Program-made: the position numbers and the translations under genes
The notes under the pieces: generated by a model
Told to the model about the DNA's origin: nothing
The model's input: the letters and a program-made list of their open reading frames with translations, nothing else
Database searches by the model: none
Shown here: positions 39,501 through 49,013 of the stretch, piece after piece
Layout: the number at the start of each line of letters is the position of its first letter
How positions within the stretch are numbered: the first letter of the stretch is position 1
From: Candidatus Krumholzibacteriota bacterium
GTDB lineage: Bacteria; Krumholzibacteriota; Krumholzibacteriia; JAJRXK01
Reading direction: 5' to 3'
DNA length: 64,000 nucleotides
Assembly (NCBI GenBank): GCA_963806035.1
Contig: CAWDWO010000023.1
Coordinates: 60,521 to 124,520, forward strand

Positions 39501-41855
39501 TTAGAAGGGCAGATCGCCGTCTTCGGGGAGAATCTCGAGCTTCGCGTAGTGAGCAAGCACGCGCTTGCGCCCGCTCTCGCCGAATTCGATGGTGAGCCTG
39601 GTGAGTTCACCGAAGCCCTCGACTTCAGCGATGGTTCCCTCGCCGAGAGTCTGATGGCGAACACGCTGTCCGACCTCGAAGACGAGTTCCTCCTGGCTCA
39701 GCTCGTGGTCCTGAAAGCCGTGGTCGTTCTGCGCTTGTGCCCGCTGCTTGGCCCTGCTCTTGAGAAAGGCCTCGGCTCCGTAGGGGCTCGCGCCTGGCGC
39801 GGCGGAGGGCTTGCTCGTGGAAGCGCGTCGGCGCTTGGACGCCCCAAAACTCGGCGCTCCACTCTCCACATCGCCAAAGAGGCGGCGGGTTCTGCTGCGC
39901 CGGTTCCACAACAGATCCTCGTCCTGGCGGACGCGCTCTCCCTTCTCGATCACGATCTCGGCCGGAAGCTCGCTCAAAAAACGGCTGGGATACGCGGGCT
40001 CTGAGCCTCCAAAGCGGCGGCGGAAAGCGGCCGCGCTCAAGAATACTCGCTGCCGCGCGCGGGTCAGCGCCACATAGAAGAGCCGTCTCTCCTCCTCCAG
40101 CTTGTCTTCTTCCTCGATGCTGTTGGCGTGCGGAAGGAGATTCTCCTCACAACCCGCCACGAACACCACGGGGTACTCGAGCCCCTTGGCGTTGTGCATG
40201 GTCATCAGGGTCACCATGTCGCCGGCCGCGTCCATCCGATCGACTTCGGCCAGGAGCGCGACCGACTCGAGAAAATCGAAGAGCCGTCCCTCATCGCTCT
40301 CCGCCACGAAAGCTTCCGCCGCGTGGAGCAGCTCGCGCACGTTCTCCTCGCGGTCTTCGGCGGTGGAAGGATCGTCGTCGTGCAACCATTTGATGTAGTT
40401 CGTGCTCTGAAAAACCTGTTCGACCACTTTCGCGGCGTCCAAGTTTTCCGCTGCGCGGCGCAGAGTGGTCATGAGCGAAACGAACTTCTCGATGCGCGCA
40501 GCCCCCTTGCCGCAGACCCTGGCCAGAAGCTCGGGATGCAGCTCGCAGAACCGCAGGGGTGAGAGATTGTGCGTGGCGGCGGCCTGGAAAAGCCTCTCCA
40601 CGCTCTTCTTGCCGATCCCCCGGCGCGGCACGTTGATCACGCGCTCCAAACTCACCTGGTCTGCGGGATTGATGGCCAGCTTGAGGTAGGCCAGGACGTC
40701 GCGCACTTCGCGCCGTTCGTAAAAGCGCGTGCCTCCGATGATTTGGTAGGGAAGTCCAGCGCGGCGCAAAGCATCTTCCAGAGCGCGGCTCTGCGCGTTC
40801 GTGCGATACAGGATGACGCAGTCCTGGCGACGGTATCCCTCTTCGTTCTTCAGCTGCTGGATGCGGCTCTCGATTGCCGCCCCCTCGCCCTCCTCGTCGT
40901 CCACCCACCACAACTCGAGGGCCTGACCGTCGGCCGCCTCGGTCCAGAGCTTCTTGCCGCGGCGCTTGCGGTTGTGGGCTATGACTTCGTTGGCGGCCCG
41001 CAGGATGATCCCGGTGGAGCGATAGTTCTGTTCGAGGCGCACGACCTTGGCTCCGGGAAAATATTGCTCGAAGGAGAGCATATTCTCGACCGTCGCACCG
41101 CGCCAGGAATAGATGGCCTGATCGTCGTCCCCCACCGCGAAGAGATTCTCCCACTGGGCGCTGAGGGCCTTGGTCAGGATGAGCTGCAGCGGGTTGGTGT
41201 CCTGGAACTCGTCGACCAACACGTAGTGGAAACGTTCCGCATAGCGCTCCTGGACGTCCTTGTGGGTCTCGAAGAGCTCGACGGTGCGCGCGATGAGATC
41301 GTCGAAATCCATGGCCTGATTCGAGCGCAAACTGCGCTCGTACTCCGCGTAGATCTGCGCCATGCGCTCTTCCCAACCCGTCATCGCGCGTTCGCTCGCC
41401 TCGGCGGGCTTCACCGATTGATTCTTGAAATGGCTGATGGCGGTAGCGACGGCCCGCGGCGTGAATTCCTTGGGGTCGGCATGGCGTTTCTTCAGCACCG
41501 CCTTGATCACGGCGCGGCTGTCGTCCGCGTCGTAGATGCTGAACTCGCGCGAGTATCCCAGGCGCTCCGCCTCTCTGCGCAAGATGCGAACCCCTGTGGC
41601 GTGGAAAGTGCCGATCCAGGCCTGCCTGCCCTCGTGGGTCAGAGCTTCCACGCGCTCGCGCATCTCGCGCGCCGCCTTGTTGGTGAAGGTGAAGGCCAGG
41701 ATGTTCTCCGGCCGGACACCCTCTTCCTTGATGAGGTAGGCGATGCGAGTGGTAAGCACGCGCGTCTTGCCACTGCCGGCCCCGGCAATGACCAGCATGG
41801 GGCCCTGGGTATTCACGACCGCCTGGCGTTGTTCTGGGTTGAGACCTTGAAGCAT
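39501..41855 (-). CDS. pcrA: ATP-dependent DNA helicase UvrD/PcrA
   Basis: AGAGSGKT, TFTNKAA, VDEFQD, GDDDQAIY.WRGA, QNYRST, H.AKGLE, EERRLFYVA.TRA, C-terminal Tudor-like domain. Confidence 0.95.
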   Translation of the reverse strand: MLQGLNPEQRQAVVNTQGPMLVIAGAGSGKTRVLTTRIAYLIKEEGVRPENILAFTFTNKAAREMRERVEALTHEGRQAWIGTFHATGVRILRREAERLGYSREFSIYDADDSRAVIKAVLKKRHADPKEFTPRAVATAISHFKNQSVKPAEASERAMTGWEERMAQIYAEYERSLRSNQAMDFDDLIARTVELFETHKDVQERYAERFHYVLVDEFQDTNPLQLILTKALSAQWENLFAVGDDDQAIYSWRGATVENMLSFEQYFPGAKVVRLEQNYRSTGIILRAANEVIAHNRKRRGKKLWTEAADGQALELWWVDDEEGEGAAIESRIQQLKNEEGYRRQDCVILYRTNAQSRALEDALRRAGLPYQIIGGTRFYERREVRDVLAYLKLAINPADQVSLERVINVPRRGIGKKSVERLFQAAATHNLSPLRFCELHPELLARVCGKGAARIEKFVSLMTTLRRAAENLDAAKVVEQVFQSTNYIKWLHDDDPSTAEDREENVRELLHAAEAFVAESDEGRLFDFLESVALLAEVDRMDAAGDMVTLMTMHNAKGLEYPVVFVAGCEENLLPHANSIEEEDKLEEERRLFYVALTRARQRVFLSAAAFRRRFGGSEPAYPSRFLSELPAEIVIEKGERVRQDEDLLWNRRSRTRRLFGDVESGAPSFGASKRRRASTSKPSAAPGASPYGAEAFLKSRAKQRAQAQNDHGFQDHELSQEELVFEVGQRVRHQTLGEGTIAEVEGFGELTRLTIEFGESGRKRVLAHYAKLEILPEDGDLPF

Positions 41856-41863
41856 CGGAGGAA

Positions 41864-44800
41864 CTAAAACTCCGGACCTATCGAGAAGGTGAACTGCATG
41901 TCACCGTAAGTGCGGGCGAAATCTGTCTTCCATGCCCAGTCGAACTTGAACGGGAGGCCGAGGAAACTCACGCGCATCCCCAGCCCATAATCGGCTTTGA
42001 GGTCGCGCAAGCGGAAGTTGCCATTACTGGTCTCTCCGAAGGGTTTGAAGCTGGCGTTGAACGCGCTACCTGCGTCGAAGAAAACGACGCCGCCGATCCC
42101 TCCGATGCCGAAGCGCCCCGGCCATCCAAAGAAGATGGCATCGATCGCGGGGAAGCGATACTCCAGATTCATGAGCAGCATCCTGCGCCCCACCAGGTGC
42201 TGGTAGACTGGATCATCGGTTTCCACTCCCTTTTCGAAATCGAAAGTGTCCCATCCTCTCAGGGTAAAGGGCCCTCCGAGGACGAAGGCGTTGGGATCGC
42301 TCCCATTGCTGTAGGCTCCGGTGAAGCGCGTGGCAATGGCGTTCCCCTTGCCGAAGTGGATGTACTTGCGGTAGTCCGCGAATCCCGTCACACGGTCGAG
42401 CCCATCGCTTCCCATGGGAATTGCCGGCGAGAAATTCAGGGTCCACCGGCTCCCGGTGAGCGGACCGTTGGGCCCGTAGAAGGCGGAGTCGTGAACGAGG
42501 GAGAGACTGGGTTGAATGAGTTGCGCCTTGGTGTGCGAAGTCTCGAAATAGTATCCGCTCAGAGGATCCAATTCGTAGAAGGTGCGGTCGGCAACGAAGG
42601 CCTGGACTTCGAAATCGAGCCGATCAAAAGTCGAGAAGGGTCGACTCGCGATGCCGAAGAAACCGTAATTACGCTCGCTGAAGAGCCGGCTCCGATCGAA
42701 AACTTCGCCCAGAGTCGTGTAGTTGCTGTTGAAGAAATTCTTGTAGTGGAAGACACCGAACCCGAGATTGACCCGCCGCTTCAGATAGAAGTAGCTCGCC
42801 GCGAGGTCGCTGTCCTTCAGGGATCCGTAGAAGTTCACCAAGAACTGAATGCGGTGGTTTCCCAAGAGATCGCTCAAACTGATGATGTTGGCGAAGCCCA
42901 GCCCCAGCCCCGAGGAATAGTAGACTCCTCCGATGCTGCCGCTTCCCAGGGGATCCAGGCTGAAGCGCGGCTTGTACTTGGTGATCGTCCCCACCGGCTT
43001 GTCCGTGAGGGATTCGTGTCCCGGCTCGTGGTTCGGCTCCGCTTGCGGTCCGCCTTCGTGGTCCGACTCGTTCCCCTGCTCCGCTTGCGATTGCGGCTTG
43101 GTCCTCGCTTCGTGATCCAGCGGACTCTTCGGCCCTTGCTTCGAGCCCTCTGCCCCCGGCGGCGGGTTCTGCGATTCGCCGGGGACGGCCTGACCCGAGA
43201 GCAGATCCCCCACCGTCAACGGCTCGCTCACGTGCGAAGAGTCCGGCGCGGTGCTCTCCGCCAGCTCCGTCTTTGAAGTGTCGGCCGGCGGCGCGGGCAC
43301 CGGATCCGCATAGCTGTTCTCTTTCACGTACTTCGTGAGATTCTCCAACTCGAAGATGTCATAGCCACCGTTGGAGAATGCGGCGAATACCAGGCGATCG
43401 GCTGCGCGGTTGTACGAAGGCTGAAAGATTCCGGTGAGCACGTCCGTGAAGCGGTGCATGGTCTGGCTGAGCATGTCGTAGTAGTAGAGATTGGAGATCC
43501 CGCTGGCGTCGCTCACGAAGACGATGTGTTCGTCATCCACCGCGACCGGCGCGGAATCGTCCCCCGGGGTCGACAGCAACTTGCGGCGTTCCGCGCTCGC
43601 CAGATCCAAGAGAAAGATGTCGCGACTGGTTTCCTGCTGGGCGACGTTCTGAGGGTTGAAGAAGTCGACCAGGGTCATGTGCTCGTGTCCGTTTTCGTCC
43701 TTCTTGATGCCCACGTCGATCACCGGATTCGGTGAGGCGGAATACACGATGCTCTTGCCGTCAGGCATCCAGGAGGGAGAAAACTCGCTGGAAAGATCAT
43801 GGGTGATTTGCCGGATGCTCTCCTGCTTCAAGTCGACGAGCATGAGATCGGTGCGGCCGTCCTTGCTCCCCACCACCACGACCTCGTCTTCGGTGGGCGA
43901 CCAGGAAGGACTCCGGGCGATATCTACCGGAAGTTTGATGTGCTGCAGGATCTTACCGTCGGGCACTCGCAGGACATAGAGGGTCTCCCGCCCGCCGCTC
44001 TTGGCCACCATGGCCAGACGTCCTCCCGCCGGATCGAAACTGATACCGCTGTCGTAGGAATGAAAGCTGAGGAAGCGATCGCTGCGGTAGCCGGTGGCCA
44101 AGGTGGAGAGGATGTTCTTGTCGACCAGATCCATGAGGAAGAGCTTGACGAAGCCTTCGCGGTCGCTGAAGAAGGCGATGACGTTGCCATCGGGTGAAAT
44201 CGCCGGTTGCTGGGCGAAGTAGTAGTTGTCCTTCGCGTGATCGGTCATGCGACGGCCGATCTTCGAGGCTTCCTTCTTGTCCTGATAGCTCGGCCAGTAG
44301 CTGTGCTTCAGCCACTTCTCCCACTCGGCGGAGAACTGGCGGGTATTGAGTCCGATCGTCATCTCCAGTGCGCGATCGACGTTGCGGACTTTCCCCACTT
44401 CCTTGAAGAACTCCACGACCTTCTCGTGGCCGTAGGTCACCGCCATGTAGCGCAGGGCGGCTTGCCCTTCCCTGTAGACCTGATAGCCGGAATAGATGCG
44501 GTCGAGCGGTGCGATCCAATCGTAGATCGTGCCGTCACGCATCCACATGTCTGTGGTCTTGTCCCAGCCGTCGGGGGTCGAGAAAAATTCGGCGGCGCCC
44601 TCGGCGAACCAGAGGTCGATGGGAAAGAGCGCCCTGCGTGCGGCGCCCGAAGCGGTGCTCTTGTAGGCCAGATCGAACATGAATACGTGAACCAACTCGT
44701 GGTTGATCACGTGGACGAAGGCCTCGTTGTCGCCGGGATAGGGCAACACCACGCGATTGCGCAGCGGCTCGGAGAATCCTCCGGTGGACTCGCCGATGAG

Positions 44801-45112
44801 CTCATCACTAATGTTGGTCTGTTGAAAGTCGTTGGGAGATGCGTAGAGAATGAAAGGAATTTGCTTCTGAAATTCGTGCTGAAAAACGCCGCTCAATCTC
44901 AGATATGCGTCCTCTGCGATGACCGAGGCGCGCGCGGCCAGGTTCTCCTCGCCTTTGTAGAAGAAGATCTCGAAGTGCGGAGTATTGAGCACCTGCCAAT
45001 GAAAATTGTCGTACTGTACTTTGTTGCGAGCCTGCACTCCTTCGGCCCAGATCGATAGAAAGCAGGCCGACACCGCCACCAAACGAATTGCCGCAGAAAG
45101 TCGAGTTTTCAT
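41864..45112 (-). CDS. Omp85-superfamily protein with N-terminal zinc-peptidase-like domain and TolB/PD40 beta-propeller
   Basis: Signal peptide; HELVH...WFAEG; PD40-like repeats (PAISPDG, PSWSP, PSWMPDG); low-complexity linker; barrel with LGG..TLRGW, EYRFP, FFDAG and terminal Phe. Confidence 0.82.
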   Translation of the reverse strand: MKTRLSAAIRLVAVSACFLSIWAEGVQARNKVQYDNFHWQVLNTPHFEIFFYKGEENLAARASVIAEDAYLRLSGVFQHEFQKQIPFILYASPNDFQQTNISDELIGESTGGFSEPLRNRVVLPYPGDNEAFVHVINHELVHVFMFDLAYKSTASGAARRALFPIDLWFAEGAAEFFSTPDGWDKTTDMWMRDGTIYDWIAPLDRIYSGYQVYREGQAALRYMAVTYGHEKVVEFFKEVGKVRNVDRALEMTIGLNTRQFSAEWEKWLKHSYWPSYQDKKEASKIGRRMTDHAKDNYYFAQQPAISPDGNVIAFFSDREGFVKLFLMDLVDKNILSTLATGYRSDRFLSFHSYDSGISFDPAGGRLAMVAKSGGRETLYVLRVPDGKILQHIKLPVDIARSPSWSPTEDEVVVVGSKDGRTDLMLVDLKQESIRQITHDLSSEFSPSWMPDGKSIVYSASPNPVIDVGIKKDENGHEHMTLVDFFNPQNVAQQETSRDIFLLDLASAERRKLLSTPGDDSAPVAVDDEHIVFVSDASGISNLYYYDMLSQTMHRFTDVLTGIFQPSYNRAADRLVFAAFSNGGYDIFELENLTKYVKENSYADPVPAPPADTSKTELAESTAPDSSHVSEPLTVGDLLSGQAVPGESQNPPPGAEGSKQGPKSPLDHEARTKPQSQAEQGNESDHEGGPQAEPNHEPGHESLTDKPVGTITKYKPRFSLDPLGSGSIGGVYYSSGLGLGFANIISLSDLLGNHRIQFLVNFYGSLKDSDLAASYFYLKRRVNLGFGVFHYKNFFNSNYTTLGEVFDRSRLFSERNYGFFGIASRPFSTFDRLDFEVQAFVADRTFYELDPLSGYYFETSHTKAQLIQPSLSLVHDSAFYGPNGPLTGSRWTLNFSPAIPMGSDGLDRVTGFADYRKYIHFGKGNAIATRFTGAYSNGSDPNAFVLGGPFTLRGWDTFDFEKGVETDDPVYQHLVGRRMLLMNLEYRFPAIDAIFFGWPGRFGIGGIGGVVFFDAGSAFNASFKPFGETSNGNFRLRDLKADYGLGMRVSFLGLPFKFDWAWKTDFARTYGDMQFTFSIGPEF

Positions 45113-45145
45113 TCTCTCGCGTGGGCTAGAAGGGGTATCCGCTCA

Positions 45146-48100
45146 TCAGTACTCGACTCGATACTTCAAGTCTACGTTGAAGGTAGTCGTGGGGGCCCCG
45201 CTCCGCAGACCGGTCCCGAACTCCGATGAGAGACGTAAACGGCGATTCATCTGGTATTCAAGAAACAAAGCACGCTCCGTGATGGAAACACCCTGGCTGT
45301 ATCGCAGATACAGATCGGGCGAGATGTACTTTCCGACCGCCACCCGCATCCTCTGCGCCTCGGAAATGGAGGCGGATTCGGTCTCGATATCCAGAGTATC
45401 GATTCCGTGAATTTCCTGCGCAATGGACCGCTCGATGAAGTTCAGACCGGCCTTGAACCCGGTATCTGCCAGCGCGCTGCCTCCCGACTGCTCGCTGATG
45501 CCGGCCAGAAGCCTGATGATCCTCTCCTCGTCGTAGCCGCTTTCGCTCTCGAAACGGGTCTTGAGGTTCGAGAAGGTCCCCGTCAAATATACGGTGATCT
45601 CCTCCAAATCCGCGCTACTGGAGCCCTCGTAGCGAAAATCTCGCACCCGGGTCTTGGCCACGATGTCCACCGAGGGCTCCAGACCGCGCGCCCGGCTGTA
45701 ATCCAGGGTGCCTCGTTCTATCTCAAAGTCGTTGTTGAAGATGGGGACACGCCCCTGGGGAATCTCCACCTGCCCGTAGAAGTGGAGGCCGTCCAGATCC
45801 CGCACCAGATCTCCATCTCCGTCCAGCAGGAGCTCCGCCGTGCGGTTCTGAACGCGCGCGGTGCGCGGGGCCCGCAGGTGCAGATTGGCCAGCCAGTCAG
45901 GCGCGGTAGTGGCGCCCAAGGCCTCACCCCCACCCCGGTTGTCGAACTCTCCGGTATAGCGCGCCTTGATCACATCGATCGTCCCGCTGAAGTACGGTCT
46001 GCGCGCGAGGTGCGGGGCGGGGCGCTTCAAACTCATGTGGAGGTCATTGGTGCGCAACAGCGCGCGCAGATGGAGGATGGAGGCAAAGAGAAATCGATCG
46101 GCCTGTATGTCCATCTGGATGTCGTCGGGCAAGAGACCATCGAATTGTACCTCCCCGGTGGCGTTGACGGTCCCCTTGAGTCCCTCGCGGGCCGTGAACT
46201 TCCGGATTTTCATGACCCCGTTTTCGATCGGGGCGTCGATCTCGATCTCCCTCAGCCTCTCCAGGCTGCCCTCGAGCTGCGCAATCCCGTCGTGCACCCG
46301 CAGGTAGCCCTCGATCTGGGGATGATCCATCGAACCGCGGGCCCGGTACAACAGCTCCGCCTTCCCGGAGATCTCGCTCAGCATGGGAAGGATGGGTCCG
46401 AGGCGCCGCAACTCCACTTCTCCGTCCGAGGTGAGCTCCACCTCCGCTCCCTCCGAGCCGGCCCACTGAGGCGCATGAACCGCCGAGAGTCTCAAGGGCA
46501 AGACTACGTTGAAACGCAGCCACGGGTCGGGCGTGAGGATGATTCCGTGGCCGAGCCGCAGGCTCATTCCGTCCGACTCGATGCGGGATCGAAGCGTGGG
46601 AAAGACGATCGTTCCGCCAGCACTGACCAGATTGGTGATCTGCCCTTCGCCCTGGATGAGGGGTCTCTCCAGTGTTCCTTGAATGGAGAGTGCCGCGGTG
46701 ATCCTGCCCAGGTTTTCGTCCTTGGCCTGAGGCTCCATCCAGTAGCGGCTGTTCATGTCGTGGAAGGCCAGGACCAGATTGGGCTGCGCCGGTGCGAGAA
46801 GTTCGCGCCATCGCTCGGGATTCTGTGTCAGCCAGTGCAGGGCATCGTCGCGCAGCAACTCCAGCGATCCCGTCAGCGAAAGTTCTCCCTGCGGCGAGAG
46901 CACCTGCAGCGAGTCCAGCGCGACTTGCGATCCGTGGACCGCGGTGAGGAGACGCAGCCGCTCCACTCGCCTTCCAAAGCCGGTCAGTTGCTTCCCCCGC
47001 ACGTCGATCGTCAGATCGGGGTCCTCACGCTTGCCCTGCAGGACCACGTGTCCCTCCAGGGTACCCTCCAGATCCGGGGGACCGATCCCGAGATGCGGGA
47101 GCAGACCCAAATCGCCGTCCATGAGATCGACGCGGAGGTCCATGACCCCCAGACTGTCCACGCCACCCCGAATGGTCCATCCCCCCGAAGCGGAACGCAC
47201 ACTGAGTCCGTGACTTTGGACCCAGCCCTTGCCGAGTTCGAGCTTCCCTGGTTCGGACAAGATCCATTGTCTCGGACCGAGAGCGAAGCTGGCCGAGTCG
47301 ATCGAGAGGAGAGCCCTCCCTTCCTCCTGCTCGACCTTACCGCTCAGACTCAGGACCGAGTCACCTTCTGACACCTCGAGATGGGGAACGGTGATGGTGG
47401 GATAATCTCGTTGAAATTGACCCTCCAGGCGGCCCAGGCGTACCCCCCCCAGCCGAAACTCGGCCGCTTCGACCTGTCCTTCGACCTTTCCGAGATCGTT
47501 CCATGGACTCACCTTCAAGCGGGCGTGGATCTCGCTGCCCGACATGCGAAAACCCGAGAGGGAATCCAGCACGCCTTCGATTTGCAAGTTCGGCGCCTCG
47601 ACGGGACCGAAGAACCGGCCCTGCGCGCGCATGCCTCCCGAGTGGTCCCAGGGCAGAGCGTAGGCGCTGCGCCAGGCCGCGAGATCCGAAGCCTGCGCGC
47701 TAAAGGGTAGGTCGAGCACGTTCAGCGAGTCGAGAGTGCCCGAGCCCTCGATCCAGGTGTGATTGGTGAGGACCCGCAGCGCATCGAAACGGGTGCCTCG
47801 ATCTTCGCGAAAATGAACCTGCCCGCTCAGGGAGTCCACCGCGAGCTCCGCGATCTGCCCACGCAATTCCTTCGCCGTGAGATCCACCCAGACCGGGGAC
47901 TTGGCGACAACCCTCAGGTCGACGCTTCCGCTCAGCTTCGACTCGGGCCACTGGGTTTCCGTGGTGGTCCAGGGCTGACTCAAGTCCAGATTCTCGACCT
48001 GACCTCGCAGGGCGAGTTCGCCGGTACTGGCATCGACTTTGCCGCGTAGCTCCACCGGCGAACCGAAGAGGAGCCCCTTTGCGCGCGTGATCTGCAGGTC

Positions 48101-49009
48101 GGAGCCGTCGGCCACCAAACCGAACTCGGTGTCGGTCAGAGAATAGTGATCGATCACCCCGGAGACTTGCCCGCTCACTTCGAGGGGTGTGAAGCCAGTC
48201 ACGGTGGCGTTTCCGCTGAGATCGACCACGATGGGGTCGGGCTTCCCCATCAGGTTCAGAATCTCACCCAGGCAGAAGCGGTCCACGTCGACCTTGAGGT
48301 TGGGACCCTCCTCCTTGCTCCAGTCACCGTTGATCTGCACGCGGGTGGAGTCGGTGGCCACCCTGAGATCGGCCACCGTGATCCCCGCCGGGGACACCTC
48401 GGTTCGACCCCACACCGAACGTACCGTGAAGTTCCTCTGCGGCCAGCTTCCACTGAGCGCCCTGGTGTCCACGATGAACTTCTTCTTGCGCGTTCGGACG
48501 CTTCCCCACCACCCCAAGTCCTGGAGGTGATCCTCGCTCCCGTCGCTCTGAATCACACGGAGATCGAGCCCGCGCAAGACCCCCTCTTCCACCGCCAGCC
48601 GGGGTAGCTCGGGAGGGCCGCGCCGGTGCTTTTCTGCCGGCGCGTCAAGATGATGACGCCGGATCATTCCGCGCGCGGAGAGCATGGCCAGGCGGTACAA
48701 ATGCACGCGGCCTTTGAGCAGATCGGAAAGGTCGTAGGAGACCTCGAGAGTGTCCGCTTGCAAGTAGGCGAAACTCCCATCGAGCCCCTGCCAGCTCAGG
48801 TCCACCCCCAGAAGCCGCAGATCGCCCAGCACGTTGCCCTCGAGCGTTTCGTAGCGGAAGGAAGCGCCGGTCTGTCGCAGGAGGTTCTGGGTGATGATGC
48901 GCGAGACGTGCCCGGCGTAGAGCCCGGGATGCGCGGCGAGCCAGGACAACACCGTCACCGCAAGCAACAGCGCCACCAGGAGAGTGATCCGTGTCGTCTT
49001 CACCCACAT
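45146..49009 (-). CDS. tamB: Translocation and assembly module TamB-like protein
   Basis: N-terminal TM anchor, long amphipathic beta-repeat body, C-terminal VGKYISPDLYLRY...DLKYRVEY; adjacent to TamA. Confidence 0.85.
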   Translation of the reverse strand: MWVKTTRITLLVALLLAVTVLSWLAAHPGLYAGHVSRIITQNLLRQTGASFRYETLEGNVLGDLRLLGVDLSWQGLDGSFAYLQADTLEVSYDLSDLLKGRVHLYRLAMLSARGMIRRHHLDAPAEKHRRGPPELPRLAVEEGVLRGLDLRVIQSDGSEDHLQDLGWWGSVRTRKKKFIVDTRALSGSWPQRNFTVRSVWGRTEVSPAGITVADLRVATDSTRVQINGDWSKEEGPNLKVDVDRFCLGEILNLMGKPDPIVVDLSGNATVTGFTPLEVSGQVSGVIDHYSLTDTEFGLVADGSDLQITRAKGLLFGSPVELRGKVDASTGELALRGQVENLDLSQPWTTTETQWPESKLSGSVDLRVVAKSPVWVDLTAKELRGQIAELAVDSLSGQVHFREDRGTRFDALRVLTNHTWIEGSGTLDSLNVLDLPFSAQASDLAAWRSAYALPWDHSGGMRAQGRFFGPVEAPNLQIEGVLDSLSGFRMSGSEIHARLKVSPWNDLGKVEGQVEAAEFRLGGVRLGRLEGQFQRDYPTITVPHLEVSEGDSVLSLSGKVEQEEGRALLSIDSASFALGPRQWILSEPGKLELGKGWVQSHGLSVRSASGGWTIRGGVDSLGVMDLRVDLMDGDLGLLPHLGIGPPDLEGTLEGHVVLQGKREDPDLTIDVRGKQLTGFGRRVERLRLLTAVHGSQVALDSLQVLSPQGELSLTGSLELLRDDALHWLTQNPERWRELLAPAQPNLVLAFHDMNSRYWMEPQAKDENLGRITAALSIQGTLERPLIQGEGQITNLVSAGGTIVFPTLRSRIESDGMSLRLGHGIILTPDPWLRFNVVLPLRLSAVHAPQWAGSEGAEVELTSDGEVELRRLGPILPMLSEISGKAELLYRARGSMDHPQIEGYLRVHDGIAQLEGSLERLREIEIDAPIENGVMKIRKFTAREGLKGTVNATGEVQFDGLLPDDIQMDIQADRFLFASILHLRALLRTNDLHMSLKRPAPHLARRPYFSGTIDVIKARYTGEFDNRGGGEALGATTAPDWLANLHLRAPRTARVQNRTAELLLDGDGDLVRDLDGLHFYGQVEIPQGRVPIFNNDFEIERGTLDYSRARGLEPSVDIVAKTRVRDFRYEGSSSADLEEITVYLTGTFSNLKTRFESESGYDEERIIRLLAGISEQSGGSALADTGFKAGLNFIERSIAQEIHGIDTLDIETESASISEAQRMRVAVGKYISPDLYLRYSQGVSITERALFLEYQMNRRLRLSSEFGTGLRSGAPTTTFNVDLKYRVEY

Positions 49010-49013
49010 GGTC

